Below the pieces are notes generated by a model that was given only the letters and a program-made list of their open reading frames with translations, made no database searches and was not told where the DNA came from. A stretch of 64,000 nucleotides of DNA from Candidatus Spongiisociaceae bacterium. Its GTDB lineage: Bacteria; Actinomycetota; Acidimicrobiia; Spongiisociales; Spongiisociaceae. Location: contig OZ251578.1 in the NCBI GenBank assembly GCA_965243835.1, forward strand, positions 277,573 to 341,572, given 5' to 3'. Below are positions 28,081 to 38,448 of the stretch, piece after piece (positions within the stretch are counted from its first letter, which is position 1; every line of letters begins with the position of its first letter). Position numbers and translations under genes: made by a program.

Positions 28081-28811
28081 CCTTCTCCCAGGTAGGCGTC
28101 CAGCACCCGCCGGTCTTCCCGCACCGCCTGCGGCTCGTCTTGGATCACCACCTGTCCGTGGGCCATCACCACGATGGATTGGCCCAAGCGCATCACCAAA
28201 TCCATATTGTGCTCCACGATCAGAAAAGTGGTTCCTTGACGGTTCAGTTCCTGAATGCGGTCCATTATCCGCTCCAGCAGGGCCGGGTTGACGCCTCCGG
28301 CCGGTTCGTCCAGCAACACCATTTTCGGTTCGGACATCAAAATGGAAGCCAGTTCCAGCAGTTTGCGCTGGCCGTAGGAAAGCCGTTTGGCGGGTTCCTC
28401 GGCCAGACGTTCGATGCCGACGAACGTCAGGATGTCCATGGCCCGCCCCCGTTCCGCGGAGCGCATGCGCCCGCCCAGCAGGCTGGAGAGGTTGTTGGGC
28501 ACGGTGGAGGCCATCATATTTTCCAGCACGGTCATTTCCCGCAACTCCCGGGTGATTTGAAAGGTGCGCCCCATGCCCTGCTTGGCGATCTTGTGGGCCA
28601 TCAATCCGGTGATGTCCCGCCCTTCGAAGAGGACCCGCCCCGAGTCGGGAACCACCACCCCGGAGATGACGTCGAAGGCGGTGGTTTTGCCCGCCCCGTT
28701 GGGGCCGATGAGGGCCGTTATGGACCCGGCGGCCACCGAGAAGGACGCCCGGTCGACCGCCACCAACCCGCCGTAGGTTTTGGTGAGGTCGCGGATTTCC
28801 AGCAAGGCCAT
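28077..28811 (-). CDS. ABC transporter ATP-binding protein (LivG-like)
   Basis: Walker A GPNGAGKTT, signature SYGQRK, Walker B LLDEPAGG. Confidence 0.85.
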   Translation of the reverse strand: MALLEIRDLTKTYGGLVAVDRASFSVAAGSITALIGPNGAGKTTAFDVISGVVVPDSGRVLFEGRDITGLMAHKIAKQGMGRTFQITRELREMTVLENMMASTVPNNLSSLLGGRMRSAERGRAMDILTFVGIERLAEEPAKRLSYGQRKLLELASILMSEPKMVLLDEPAGGVNPALLERIMDRIQELNRQGTTFLIVEHNMDLVMRLGQSIVVMAHGQVVIQDEPQAVREDRRVLDAYLGEG

Positions 28812-28924
28812 CGGGGGTGATTCCGGTCAGGGAGCTCGGCGCCCCCTCAGCGCATCCCGGCGCGGCGGGCGGGGGAGGGGTCCGTTGTCACCGGGCCCCT
28901 CCCCGTCCTGACGCGTATGCCGGT

Positions 28925-30253
28925 TTACCAGTCCGGCTTGGGGTACTGCAGGTCGGTGGTTCCGGGGAACTCGCCTACCGGATACACGAACTCCAACTCT
29001 CCGTCTTGCCACTGGTTGACCAGGAAGCTGCGGGCCAAGGGCAGGCCCCGGTCGTCCCAGGAGAAGTCCCCCATAATGGTGGACACCGGGTTCTCCGGGG
29101 TGCGGGCGTGCAACCACTGCGACATGGCGGCGTTGTCGGGTCCCCCCGCGCCTTCTATGGCCTGGGCCATTCCCTGGCACACCGCAAACGGGATGGCTTC
29201 GTCCTCGTCCGGGGCTTTGCCGAAGTCTTCGGTGAAACCGTCGATGAAGTCCTGGTTGGTGTAGGTCTGACCGGCCAGGGAGCCGGAGAAGTTGGCCAAG
29301 GGGCTCCACACGGAGTGGATGACGATCCCGTTGGCGGTATCGCCCAGCGCGTCGTAGAACTCGGACTGGGCCCCCTGCGACATATACACCAGCGGAATCT
29401 GCGCGCCCACCGTTTGCAGGGCCTGCGCCAGCGAGATGGCTTCGTCGGGGGAGGCGGTGGCCGCCGCCAAAAAGTCCGGGTTGGCGGCGCTGATGGAGTT
29501 GGCCAGGGTCAGCCAGTCGGTGTACCCCACCGGCCACACCTCGTCGAAAACCAGTTCCATGCCCATATCGGTCAGATATCCGGGGGCCAGGGGGTAGGTC
29601 TCGTCCGAGCCGGGGATGCTCACGTCGCCGCCCATAAAGCCGTTGGCGATGGCCCCGGCGAAGAAGTCATCGGCGGCCACCACCGCGGCCCGCACCGGAG
29701 CGTTCTCGATGAGGCCCGACCCGGTGTAGTAGCCCACCAGGTCCACGATGGAGGAGCCGGTCAACTCGGCCGGCAACTGCTGGAAGTAGAACAGGTTCTG
29801 GTAGCCGCGGGCGTAGAGCCGCATGGCCCCGCTGGAGGGAACCGGGTAGACGTAGCCGTTCTGCTCGGCGACAGTGGAGGCCGGGAAGCCGAGCAGGCTG
29901 GAGAAGGTGCCCAGCAAGGCGTCCACGTTTTCCACGTTGATGAAGCGCTCGGTTTGGGTGACCGTTACTTCGGTGTCGCTGCGGTTGTCCTCCAACAGCA
30001 ACTCCACCGGACGGCCCAGGATTCCGCCCCGCTCGTTCAACTCGGCCACGCAGAACCGGTAACCGTCGGCGTGCTTGGAGCCGGGAATGGAGAACTCCCC
30101 GGTCAGGGGCAACGAAGCTCCCAGCACGATCGGGTCCGGCTCCTCCATAACGGGGGCGGCGGTGGTGGTAGTCGGGTCGGAGCCCGAATCGCCGCAGGCG
30201 GCCGCCGCCAGCGCCAATACCGCAATCAACGTTGTCCATTTCCAAGTTTTCAT
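28925..30253 (-). CDS. ABC transporter substrate-binding lipoprotein (LivK/Leu-Ile-Val binding family)
   Basis: Signal peptide with lipobox LAAAACG; ggagg RBS before MKTWKW; periplasmic binding protein type I fold. Confidence 0.8.
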   Translation of the reverse strand: MKTWKWTTLIAVLALAAAACGDSGSDPTTTTAAPVMEEPDPIVLGASLPLTGEFSIPGSKHADGYRFCVAELNERGGILGRPVELLLEDNRSDTEVTVTQTERFINVENVDALLGTFSSLLGFPASTVAEQNGYVYPVPSSGAMRLYARGYQNLFYFQQLPAELTGSSIVDLVGYYTGSGLIENAPVRAAVVAADDFFAGAIANGFMGGDVSIPGSDETYPLAPGYLTDMGMELVFDEVWPVGYTDWLTLANSISAANPDFLAAATASPDEAISLAQALQTVGAQIPLVYMSQGAQSEFYDALGDTANGIVIHSVWSPLANFSGSLAGQTYTNQDFIDGFTEDFGKAPDEDEAIPFAVCQGMAQAIEGAGGPDNAAMSQWLHARTPENPVSTIMGDFSWDDRGLPLARSFLVNQWQDGELEFVYPVGEFPGTTDLQYPKPDW

Positions 30254-30310
30254 CGTAACCTCCATGGTTATTGCCCGTCGCCGAGCCTTGGTCCGGGATT
30301 TGAGCCCATT

Positions 30311-30330
30311 ATACAAACGATTGCGAAAGG
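30311..30330. promoter_or_regulatory. Candidate LacI-family operator (tACAAACGATTGcg), site 1
   Basis: AA-N-CG-N-TT near-palindrome; same 12-mer recurs at 35106, 37375 and 38449. Confidence 0.4.
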
Positions 30331-30399
30331 GGCAAACGCCTGCTAAGGGGCGCGTCCAATTAATCGGCCATGTTAAAGGCCATGTTAAATAGGACCGTT

Positions 30400-31572
30400 T
30401 TATCGGGCGGGGCGCCGGGTTTCCGGCACCAGCGCCGCCGTTCCCCAGAATACCAGCAAAGTGAAAATCAGCAACGGGGCGGCGGCCGCCTCCCGTCCCC
30501 AGTTTTCGAACAGGGCGGCCGTTATAACCGGAGCGGCCAGAAAAGCGGCGTCGCCGGTGAGACGGTACGCCCCCAGGCGCCGTCCCAGTTTACCGTCCCC
30601 TTCGCTCAGGTCGGCCAGCGCCGCGTTGCCCACGTTCACGGCCACCGAACCCAGGGTGAGGAAAATGATGGCCGCCCACCAACCGGTGGGACCCCGCAAC
30701 CAGCCGAAGGCGGCCACGCCCAGCGCCTGCAGCCCCAGTCCGGGCAGCAAAGCCGCCTTGCGGCCCACCCGGTCGGCCGCATGTCCGGCGGCCAGGGCGG
30801 CCAGGAAGCGGATGGCCCCGCCCGCCCCGATGGCCAGGCCCACCGCGCCCGGCCCCCATCCCAGCTCCCCGTCTCCCACCAGCGGGATCAGGGTTTGAAT
30901 CAGGGCCCCGAAAACCGCGAACTGCGCGGCCGGGATCAGGTAGAGGACCGCCAAGGCCCGGGGGCGCGCCCGGACGGCGGATGAGGCCTCCCCGGAGGGG
31001 TCGGAGCCGAGCCGCACTCCCTTTCCCGAAAACAGATAGAAGAGGCCCATGGCCGCCGCCAGCCCCGCCCCGGCCGCGAACGCCCCCCGCCACCCCAGGA
31101 GGGAACCCAGCCCTCCCCCCGCCGCCGGGCCCGCCGCCTGTCCGGCCAGCATGGCCCCCGCGAACAGGGAAAGGGAGAGGCCGCGCCGGGCGCGGGGGAC
31201 GGCCGCGAAGGCGGCGGTGGCGGTGGTTATGGTCAAGGTGGACCCCGCCCCCATCACCAGGGCCGCCCCGTAGAGAAGCCCCGGGCCGGGGGCGAGGGCC
31301 GCGGCCAGGCCCCCCGCGGCCACTATGGCGGCCGCAACCATCATCAACCGGTCCGAGCGGCGATGTTCGATGGCCCATCCGGCGGGGAGGTCGGCCAGCA
31401 GGCGCCCCAGCGCGAACACCGACAGCAGACCGCCCAGCCCGGTGGCCGATATTTCCAGGTCCCGCCCGATGCCGGGCAGAAGGGGAGGGCGGAAGAAAGC
31501 GGCCGCGGTCAGGACGAACACGCCTAAGCCCACCCCGACCAGGGGCCCCCGTCCCCGGAGGGGGGAGGTCAA
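30400..31572 (-). CDS. MFS transporter
   Basis: 12 predicted TM helices; typical MFS loop 2-3 motif GRLLADLPAGW. Confidence 0.75.
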   Translation of the reverse strand: MTSPLRGRGPLVGVGLGVFVLTAAAFFRPPLLPGIGRDLEISATGLGGLLSVFALGRLLADLPAGWAIEHRRSDRLMMVAAAIVAAGGLAAALAPGPGLLYGAALVMGAGSTLTITTATAAFAAVPRARRGLSLSLFAGAMLAGQAAGPAAGGGLGSLLGWRGAFAAGAGLAAAMGLFYLFSGKGVRLGSDPSGEASSAVRARPRALAVLYLIPAAQFAVFGALIQTLIPLVGDGELGWGPGAVGLAIGAGGAIRFLAALAAGHAADRVGRKAALLPGLGLQALGVAAFGWLRGPTGWWAAIIFLTLGSVAVNVGNAALADLSEGDGKLGRRLGAYRLTGDAAFLAAPVITAALFENWGREAAAAPLLIFTLLVFWGTAALVPETRRPAR

Positions 31573-32591
31573 GGCCGGGCCGGAGCGGTGGAGGAGCGGA
31601 CTTCCAAAGTGGGCCGGAGGCGCACCGAGGAGACGGGGCGGGACTCGTCGGCCATCAGGGACAGCAGGGCCTCCCCCGCCGCGCCCCCCATCTCCCGGTA
31701 GGGAACGCGCACCGCCGTCATAGGGGGTTGCATCATTTCCAGCAGGGGCATGTCGTTGTAGCCGGTGACGGAAATGTCCCGCCCCGGTTCACGGCCCAGG
31801 GCCCGGATGGCCCGGTAGCATCCCAGCCCCAGCAGATCGTTGCCGGCCACGATGGCGGTCAGGTCGGGACGGCGCCCCAGCAAGGCCAAGCCCGCCCGGT
31901 AGCCGGGTTCCACCTGGAACCAGTCGGCTTCCTCCACCCGTCCCGGATCCGCCTCCAGCCCCTCGGCTTCCATCCACTCCAAAAAGGCCCGCCGGCGGGC
32001 CCAACCGGTGGACAGCCAGGACGGCCCCGCGATATGCCCGATGCGGCGATGTCCCAGTTCGGCCAGGTGCCGCACCGCCAAACCTACGCCCATGCGGTCG
32101 TCTCCCGCGATGGACGGGACGGACTCATCGTCCACCGTCCGGTTGACCAACACCACCGGAACCCCGCGTCCGGCGACGGCCGTCACCGAGGGATCGCGGC
32201 GGCTGACGGCGGCCACTAGCAGGCCGTCCGCCTGCCGGTCCAACATGGCCCTGATCACCGACTCGGCCTCCTGCTCCCCGTAGTCGGAGTTGCCGATCAG
32301 GGTCGAATATCCGCTTTCCGCCAACACCGCCTCCGCCCCGGCGATGATGGGTCCGAACAGCGGGTTCTCGATGTCGGGGATGACCATCCCCACCGACATG
32401 GTGCGGTTGGTGCGCAACCCCCGGGCCAGCGGGTGGGGGCGGTAGCCGAGGGCCCGGGCCGCTTCCAACACCCGCTTTTGGGTCTGCGGTTTGACCGCCG
32501 CCGCGGTGCGGGGGTTGAGAGCGCGGGAAACGGTGGAGGCATGCACTCCGGTTTTCCGGGCGATGTCCTGGAGGGTGGCGCGGCCGGTCAC
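31569..32591 (-). CDS. LacI family transcriptional regulator
   Basis: N-terminal HTH ATLQDIARKTGVHASTVSRALN; periplasmic-binding-like C-terminus. Confidence 0.85.
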   Translation of the reverse strand: MTGRATLQDIARKTGVHASTVSRALNPRTAAAVKPQTQKRVLEAARALGYRPHPLARGLRTNRTMSVGMVIPDIENPLFGPIIAGAEAVLAESGYSTLIGNSDYGEQEAESVIRAMLDRQADGLLVAAVSRRDPSVTAVAGRGVPVVLVNRTVDDESVPSIAGDDRMGVGLAVRHLAELGHRRIGHIAGPSWLSTGWARRRAFLEWMEAEGLEADPGRVEEADWFQVEPGYRAGLALLGRRPDLTAIVAGNDLLGLGCYRAIRALGREPGRDISVTGYNDMPLLEMMQPPMTAVRVPYREMGGAAGEALLSLMADESRPVSSVRLRPTLEVRSSTAPARP

Positions 32592-32642
32592 GGCCTTAGA
32601 GAATAACGACCGGGGCGGCCGTCCGGCGCGATACGGGTTCGG

Positions 32643-34217
32643 TCATTTTCGGTCCGCCAGGACGGCTTCCAGGGACAGGCCCAAGTCGGAGAGGAGCACC
32701 CGGGCCGCGTTGCGGCCGGGGGCGGCCGAGACGGAACCGCCGGGGTGGGTGGTGGCCCCCGTCTGGTAGAGGCCGGGGAGGGGAGTGCGGTGTCCTGCCC
32801 ATCCCGGAGCGGGCCGCAGGAGCCCGGACTGGGAGGGGTCCATGTCCCCGCCGTGACAGGAACCGTGCCAGTTGTGGGCGTTCATCCGTTCCAGGTCCAG
32901 CGGGCTTTTTACATGGGAGGCCAGAATGCGCTGGTCGGGGAAGGCGGCGTAACGGCGCAGATGCTCCAGGTGGGCCCGGGCCGTCTCCTCTTTTATTTCG
33001 TCCCAATGCCGGGGACCCTCGGCCAGCCGGTAGGGATGAAACCCCACCACCTTCAATGTGTGGCGTCCCGCCGGGGCCCGGTCGGGGTCGGTCACGGTGG
33101 GGCACAGCACCAGCAAGGGCGGGTCGTCCGTGGCCGCCCGCCCGGCGCGGAAATCGTCGGCGATGCGCAACAGCCGCTCCGCGGAGTGGGGGAGGCCCGC
33201 GGCCAGCGGAGCCAGCCCGGACCGGTCGAAGAGAGCCGGGGCGTTGGTGGCGTAGTGGGCGGCGAACATGGCCACTCCCGGTTGCCAGGCGCGCACCGCT
33301 TCCCGGAAATCGGCGTCCCACACCGCGGCGGGGGCCATTTCCGCCAAGTGCTTGATGTGAATGCCGGACAGCACCGCCCGCCGCGCCCGCAATCGCTCCC
33401 CTCCCTCCAACTCCACCCCCGCGCACCGCCCCCCTTCCCGGAGCAGGCCGGTCACCGCCCGCCCGGTGCGGATGACCCCGCCCCCGTCTTCGATCACCCG
33501 GGCCAAAGACAAAGGGAGGGCGGCCGATCCGCCCCGGGGGATGATCCAGGAGTTGGCCTGCCGTCCGTAGGGCAGGGAGAAAGCCAAGCGGGCGGTGCCC
33601 GCCCGTTGCGGGGGTTGCATGGTCATAAAGGCCATCCACAGCAGCGCCGCCCGGGAGGAAGGGTGCCGGAACCGTTCCTCGATGACTTGCAGGGCGGAGC
33701 GATGCCGCAACCGGCGCCAGCGGGCTCCCAGGGGATGGTCGGTCAACCGCTGGTCCAGGTCCGGCCCCCAGCCGAGGGGGGTGTGGTCGAAGGCGGAAAA
33801 CACCCCTTTGATGCGGTCGTATTCCTCGATCAGCGACCGGTAGCCGTCCCCGTCGGAGGGGGACAGGCGGGCGAACTCGGCGCAGGTGGCTTCCAGGTCC
33901 CGCCAGATGGTGATCGAGGTTCCGTCCGGGAAGGGGAGGTGGACCACCGGGTCCGGTTTCAGATATTCCAGGCCGTGTTCCCGCAGTCCCAGTTCATCGT
34001 TGCGCAACATGGGGTTGGATTGAATGATGTTGTGGGCGGTGGAGCAGGTGTCGTGCCGGAAGCCGGGCAGGGTCAGTTCCTCGGAGGCGGTGTCGCCGCC
34101 CACCGTCTCCCGGGCTTCCACCACCGTCACCGACAGCCCGGCCCGCACCAGGTAGGCGGCGGCCGCCAGGTTGTTGTGGCCCGCTCCGGCCACCGCCACG
34201 TCGCAATCGAAACTCAT
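32643..34217 (-). CDS. Phytoene desaturase-family NAD(P)/FAD-dependent oxidoreductase
   Basis: N-terminal DVAVAGAGHNNLAAAAYLVRAGLSVTVVE; C-terminal GLYQTGATTHPGGSVSAAPGRNAA. Confidence 0.75.
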   Translation of the reverse strand: MSFDCDVAVAGAGHNNLAAAAYLVRAGLSVTVVEARETVGGDTASEELTLPGFRHDTCSTAHNIIQSNPMLRNDELGLREHGLEYLKPDPVVHLPFPDGTSITIWRDLEATCAEFARLSPSDGDGYRSLIEEYDRIKGVFSAFDHTPLGWGPDLDQRLTDHPLGARWRRLRHRSALQVIEERFRHPSSRAALLWMAFMTMQPPQRAGTARLAFSLPYGRQANSWIIPRGGSAALPLSLARVIEDGGGVIRTGRAVTGLLREGGRCAGVELEGGERLRARRAVLSGIHIKHLAEMAPAAVWDADFREAVRAWQPGVAMFAAHYATNAPALFDRSGLAPLAAGLPHSAERLLRIADDFRAGRAATDDPPLLVLCPTVTDPDRAPAGRHTLKVVGFHPYRLAEGPRHWDEIKEETARAHLEHLRRYAAFPDQRILASHVKSPLDLERMNAHNWHGSCHGGDMDPSQSGLLRPAPGWAGHRTPLPGLYQTGATTHPGGSVSAAPGRNAARVLLSDLGLSLEAVLADRK

Positions 34218-35095
34218 CAGGTTCCGGAGAGGACGACCAGCAAGGACCCGCCCAACACGGCCGTTGCGCCGCCTATCAGCGGCGGGGAGGGCCGTTCCCG
34301 GGCCCCTCCCACCAACAAGGGGGCGGCGATGATCACGGTGGGGACGGCCAGCTGGTTCAAGGTGACCCCCACCGCCACCGTCACGATGTCAAAGGCTATC
34401 CACTGCACGGCGATGCAGAAGGAGACCAGGGCCCCGCCGGTCATCACCCACCGCCAGGCGGCTTTGGGGATGGGTCCGCCCGCCCGCCGGGAGCGGGTGG
34501 CCCCCAGCGCGATGCCGTAGGCCAGGGTGGAGGAAATAATTCCGATGGTCACGCCCAGCAGGGGGGAGTCCAAACCCTCCAGGCCGCGGCGGATGAACAG
34601 GGGGCTGGCGGCCCAGGTGAGGGCGGTGGCCACCGCGAACCAGGGCACCGCGCGCAGGGAAAGCGCGCCTCTGTTCCGCAACGACAGGACCGCCAGTCCC
34701 GTCACCACCAGCGACAACCCGGCCAGCATCACCAGGGTGAGCGGTTCGCCCAGGACCAGGGCGGCCAGGACGGCCCCCAGCAGGGGCGCGGAACCGGCCA
34801 CCGCCCCGGTGACGGCCGCCCCCGCTTTCTGCTGGCTGAGGGACAGGCAAGTCCACCCGACGAAGAAATGCACCAGGCCCGCCCCGGCGTAATACAGGTA
34901 AGAGACCAGGGGGGCGGAAGCCAGCAGGGCCAAGTCCTCGGCCGCGGCCACCCACGTGATCAACGCCGCCGCCGCCGTCGCCTGCACGATGAAAATCGCC
35001 CGGTAGGCGTCCAGTTGCTGGTTGGCCCGCCGGTTCACCGCCTGGAAAATCCCGAACCCGACGCCGGCCAGGGAGGCGTAGATGACTCCGGTCAT
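34217..35095 (-). CDS. EamA/DMT family transporter
   Basis: Ten TM helices, duplicated EamA halves. Confidence 0.75.
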   Translation of the reverse strand: MTGVIYASLAGVGFGIFQAVNRRANQQLDAYRAIFIVQATAAAALITWVAAAEDLALLASAPLVSYLYYAGAGLVHFFVGWTCLSLSQQKAGAAVTGAVAGSAPLLGAVLAALVLGEPLTLVMLAGLSLVVTGLAVLSLRNRGALSLRAVPWFAVATALTWAASPLFIRRGLEGLDSPLLGVTIGIISSTLAYGIALGATRSRRAGGPIPKAAWRWVMTGGALVSFCIAVQWIAFDIVTVAVGVTLNQLAVPTVIIAAPLLVGGARERPSPPLIGGATAVLGGSLLVVLSGT

Positions 35096-37347
35096 TCGCT
35101 CATCATACAATCGTTTGTAAAGCGGGCGGCCTCCTGTATGGCCCGCCACACCCGAAACGGGGTGAGCGGCGGGTCCAGCTGGCGCACCCCCAGCGGCCAC
35201 AGGGCGTCCGCCGTTGCGTTGAGAACTGCCGCAGGCAATCCGATGCACCCCGACTCCCCGGCTCCTTTCGCCCCCAACGGATTGGAAGGGGCCGGGGAGG
35301 AGAAGCGCCGGGTGGCAAAGGAGGGGACCTCGACGGCGGTGGGAAGGGGATAGTCCATGAAAGTGGAGGTGAGCGGTTGCCCGTCCGCGTCGTAGCGGAA
35401 CTCCTCGCACAGGGCCTCTCCCAGGCCTTGGGCCAGGGAGCCGTGCGCCTGCCCTTCCACGATCATCGGGTCCAGCACGGTTCCGCAATCGTCCACCGCC
35501 GCCGCCCGCACCAGCCGCACCTCCCCGGTGGCCGCCTCCGCCTCCACCTCCGCTACGTGCACGCCGTAGGGAAAGGTCTGCGCCCCCGCCGAGAAGCGCT
35601 CTTCCGCGGCCAGCGGCCCGGAGCGGGCCGTTTCCCACAGGGAAACCCCCGTCCCGGGGGCCCCCGCTACCCGGAACATTCCCTCCCGGTAGCGGAGGTC
35701 GGCGGGGTCCGCTTCCAGCATCCCCGCCGCCCGCCGGCGGGCTTCCTCCAGGACCCGGCGGGCGGCCCGCACCGCGGCCGAGGCCCCCAGCTGCGCGGAG
35801 CGGGAGGCGAAGGAGCCGGTCCCCTCCGCCACCAGGGCGGTGTCCCCGGCGATGACGCGCACCGGCCCGGTCTCGAAAATGCCGGAGGCCAGGTTGCTCC
35901 ACACCCGGGCGTGCCCTTGGCCGGAGTCTGCGGAACCGGTGCGCACCGTTATCTCCCGGCGCCGGGGGTCGACTTCCACCCGGGCGTATTCGTCGGAACG
36001 GGGGTCTCCGCCCGCCCGCTCTATAAAAGCCCCCACCCCCGCCCCTATCCAAGGTTGGCCCGGGCGGCGGCGGGCTTGGCGGCGGCGCAGGTCGGGCAGG
36101 TTCAGGAACTCCGCCGCCCGGCGCAAGGCCCGCGGGTAGTCGCCCGAGTCGTACCGGGCGCCTGCCGGGGCGGTCATCGGCAACCGGCGGGGCGGGATCA
36201 TGTTGCGCAGGCGCACCGCCACCGGGTCCAGGCCCAGGCGGCGGGCGAAGACGTCCACGGCCCGCTCCAAGGCCAGGGCCGCCTCCGGCCGCCCCGCCCC
36301 CCGGTAGGAGCCGGTGGGGGCGGTGTTGGTGACCACCGTCGTAGTTTCCACCTCCAGGCGCGGTATGTCGTAGAGGCCGGTGGCCACCAGACGGGAAAAA
36401 CGCGGGATCTGCGATCCGTTGTGGGGGTAGGCCCCCACCTCGGCCAGGATCTCGAGGCGGAGCCGGCGCAGGCGGCCGTCGGCGTCCCCCTCCAGAGCGA
36501 CCCGGTAGCGCTGGGCGCGTCCGTGGGTTCCGATCAGAAACTGCTCCCGGCGGGAGGCCGCCCACAGCACGGGGCGGTCCAGGCGGAGGGCGGCGGCCGC
36601 CGTCGTCAGGTATTCGGGAAAGAGCATCCCTTTCATGCCGAAGGCCCCGCCCACGTCGGGGACCGTCACCCGGATCCGGTCCGGTTCCATTCCCAGTCCG
36701 GCGGCCAGTTGCCCCCGCAACCGGTGCGGAGCCTGGTGTCCGCACCAGACGCGCAAACCGTCCCCGTCGGGGCGGGCCAGGATGGAGACCGGTTCGATGG
36801 GGGAGGGGGCCAGCCGCTGTCCGCCGATTTCCACGGTTACCCGGACCGCGGTCGGGCCGGGATCCTCCCCCGCCTCCAGGCATTCGGTCGCAACCACATT
36901 TCCCCCCGCGAACAGGGGCGGTCCCCCGGCCGCCCGCCGGGGGTCGGTCACCGCGGGGAGTTCCTCCAGGTCCGGCCACACCAATCCGGCGGCGTCTTCG
37001 GCCGCGGGCGCGGTGCGGGCGATGGCCACCGCCAGCGGGTCCCCCACGAAACGGGCCCGTTCCCGCACCAGGGGCGGACGGGTCATGGCCGGGGCGGGGG
37101 GTCCGCGTCCGGTGTTGCCGGGGATGTCCGCCAAGTCCAGGTCGGCGGCCCCGAAGACGGCCACCGTGCCGGGGAGGGCGACGGCCTCGGCTACGTCGAG
37201 GGAGCGGAGCAGGGCGTGGGGCAGGGGGCTGCGAACGAACCAGGCATGCAGGGTGGAGGAGTCGGCCAGGTCCGCTACGTAGCGGCCGGCCCCGGTCACC
37301 AGCCGCTCGTCGCCGGGTCGGCGATTGTTTCCGAATGAGTCGGCCAC
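35092..37347 (-). CDS. Xanthine dehydrogenase family molybdopterin-binding subunit (aldehyde oxidase/CO-DH large-subunit-like)
   Basis: 751 aa; GGAFGMKG, TGSYRGAG, AGESGCIG motifs. Confidence 0.85.
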   Translation of the reverse strand: MADSFGNNRRPGDERLVTGAGRYVADLADSSTLHAWFVRSPLPHALLRSLDVAEAVALPGTVAVFGAADLDLADIPGNTGRGPPAPAMTRPPLVRERARFVGDPLAVAIARTAPAAEDAAGLVWPDLEELPAVTDPRRAAGGPPLFAGGNVVATECLEAGEDPGPTAVRVTVEIGGQRLAPSPIEPVSILARPDGDGLRVWCGHQAPHRLRGQLAAGLGMEPDRIRVTVPDVGGAFGMKGMLFPEYLTTAAAALRLDRPVLWAASRREQFLIGTHGRAQRYRVALEGDADGRLRRLRLEILAEVGAYPHNGSQIPRFSRLVATGLYDIPRLEVETTTVVTNTAPTGSYRGAGRPEAALALERAVDVFARRLGLDPVAVRLRNMIPPRRLPMTAPAGARYDSGDYPRALRRAAEFLNLPDLRRRQARRRPGQPWIGAGVGAFIERAGGDPRSDEYARVEVDPRRREITVRTGSADSGQGHARVWSNLASGIFETGPVRVIAGDTALVAEGTGSFASRSAQLGASAAVRAARRVLEEARRRAAGMLEADPADLRYREGMFRVAGAPGTGVSLWETARSGPLAAEERFSAGAQTFPYGVHVAEVEAEAATGEVRLVRAAAVDDCGTVLDPMIVEGQAHGSLAQGLGEALCEEFRYDADGQPLTSTFMDYPLPTAVEVPSFATRRFSSPAPSNPLGAKGAGESGCIGLPAAVLNATADALWPLGVRQLDPPLTPFRVWRAIQEAARFTNDCMMSE
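35106..35124. promoter_or_regulatory. Candidate LacI-family operator, site 2 (tacaatcgtttgta, near-perfect palindrome)
   Basis: Immediately upstream of the EamA gene start. Confidence 0.4.
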
Positions 37348-37374
37348 TAGTCGGCCAAACTATCACAAACCGCG

Positions 37375-37394
37375 TCGCAAACGATTGCGCTGCG
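37375..37394. promoter_or_regulatory. Candidate LacI-family operator, site 3 (cgcaaacgattgcg)
   Basis: In the divergent promoter region between the Mo-enzyme and amidohydrolase genes. Confidence 0.4.
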
Positions 37395-37422
37395 GGGGCG
37401 CGGGGCCGGTTACGCTTGCGGA

Positions 37423-38421
37423 GTGATAATCGACGTGCACGCCCATTGCGTCCCTCCCGCTTTTTGGGAATGGTTGCGGGACAACGCCTCCCGGATGGGG
37501 ATGCGCCGGGAGGCGGACGGGGGCCTGCGCCTGCCCGGCGGGACGGCCGTCGGGCGGCCCCTGCCGGAACTGTCGGACTTGCCGGCCCGGTTGCGGGCTA
37601 TGGACCGCATGGGGATCGACCTCCAACTGCTGTCGGGCTGGATCGACCTGACCGCCTATCAGCTGGCCCCCCGCGAAGGGGAGGAATACGCCCGGGCCCA
37701 CAACCGGGCGTTGGCGGAGGAGGCCGCCCGTCGCCCCGACCGCTTGCGCGCCCTGGCCACCGTCCCCCTGCAGTCCCCGGACGCGGCGGCGGTCGCGTTG
37801 CGGGAGGCGATGGAGGAGATGGGCATGCGGGGAGCGCAGATCGCCACCACCGTGGCCGGAAAACGTTTGGATCGGGCCGGACTGGACCCTTTCTGGGCGG
37901 AGGCCGACCGGCTGGGGGCGGTGATTTTCCTGCATCCCCTGCATCCGTTGGCGGGCGTGGACCTGGAGGGGTATTTTCTGGAAAATGCGGTGGGGCGTCC
38001 GGCCGCCACCGCGGTGGCCGCCGCCGGCCTGATTATGTCGGGGACGGCGGAGCGTTATCCGGGAATCCGTTTCCTGCTGGCCCACGGCGGGGGTTTTCTT
38101 CCCTATCAGATGGGGCGCCTGGACCGGGCCTTCGCGGTCCGGCCCGACTTGGCGGCGGCCCGCATCCCCCGCCCGCCCGGTTATTACCTGCGGCGAATGT
38201 ACGCGGACACGGTACTGCACAACCCGTCGGTGCTGTCTTTTTTGGCGGAAACCCTGGGTCCGGGACGGGTTTTGTTGGGGAGCGACTATCCGTTTGCGAT
38301 GGGCCAGTCCGATCCGGCGGGAGCGGTGCGGGCGGCGGCTAGACTGCGGGACGCGGATCGCAGGGCGATCCTGGGGGAGAGCGCCGCCCGGCTCTTCAAA
38401 CTGGGCGACCACCGCCGATAG
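37423..38421 (+). CDS. Amidohydrolase-2 family protein (ACMSD-like metal-dependent hydrolase)
   Basis: GTG start; IIDVHAHCVPP metal-binding start, ...LAHGGG. Confidence 0.8.
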   Translation: MIIDVHAHCVPPAFWEWLRDNASRMGMRREADGGLRLPGGTAVGRPLPELSDLPARLRAMDRMGIDLQLLSGWIDLTAYQLAPREGEEYARAHNRALAEEAARRPDRLRALATVPLQSPDAAAVALREAMEEMGMRGAQIATTVAGKRLDRAGLDPFWAEADRLGAVIFLHPLHPLAGVDLEGYFLENAVGRPAATAVAAAGLIMSGTAERYPGIRFLLAHGGGFLPYQMGRLDRAFAVRPDLAAARIPRPPGYYLRRMYADTVLHNPSVLSFLAETLGPGRVLLGSDYPFAMGQSDPAGAVRAAARLRDADRRAILGESAARLFKLGDHRR

Positions 38422-38448
38422 CCCGCCCCGCCGGGCCCGGCGCCGAAA

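Noticed and set aside
34217-37366. 1049-aa minus-strand ORF and 653-aa plus-strand ORF 35377-37338
   Set aside because: The minus ORF is in frame only with the EamA gene at its 3' end. The rest is an alternative frame of the Mo-enzyme gene. The plus ORF is antisense.
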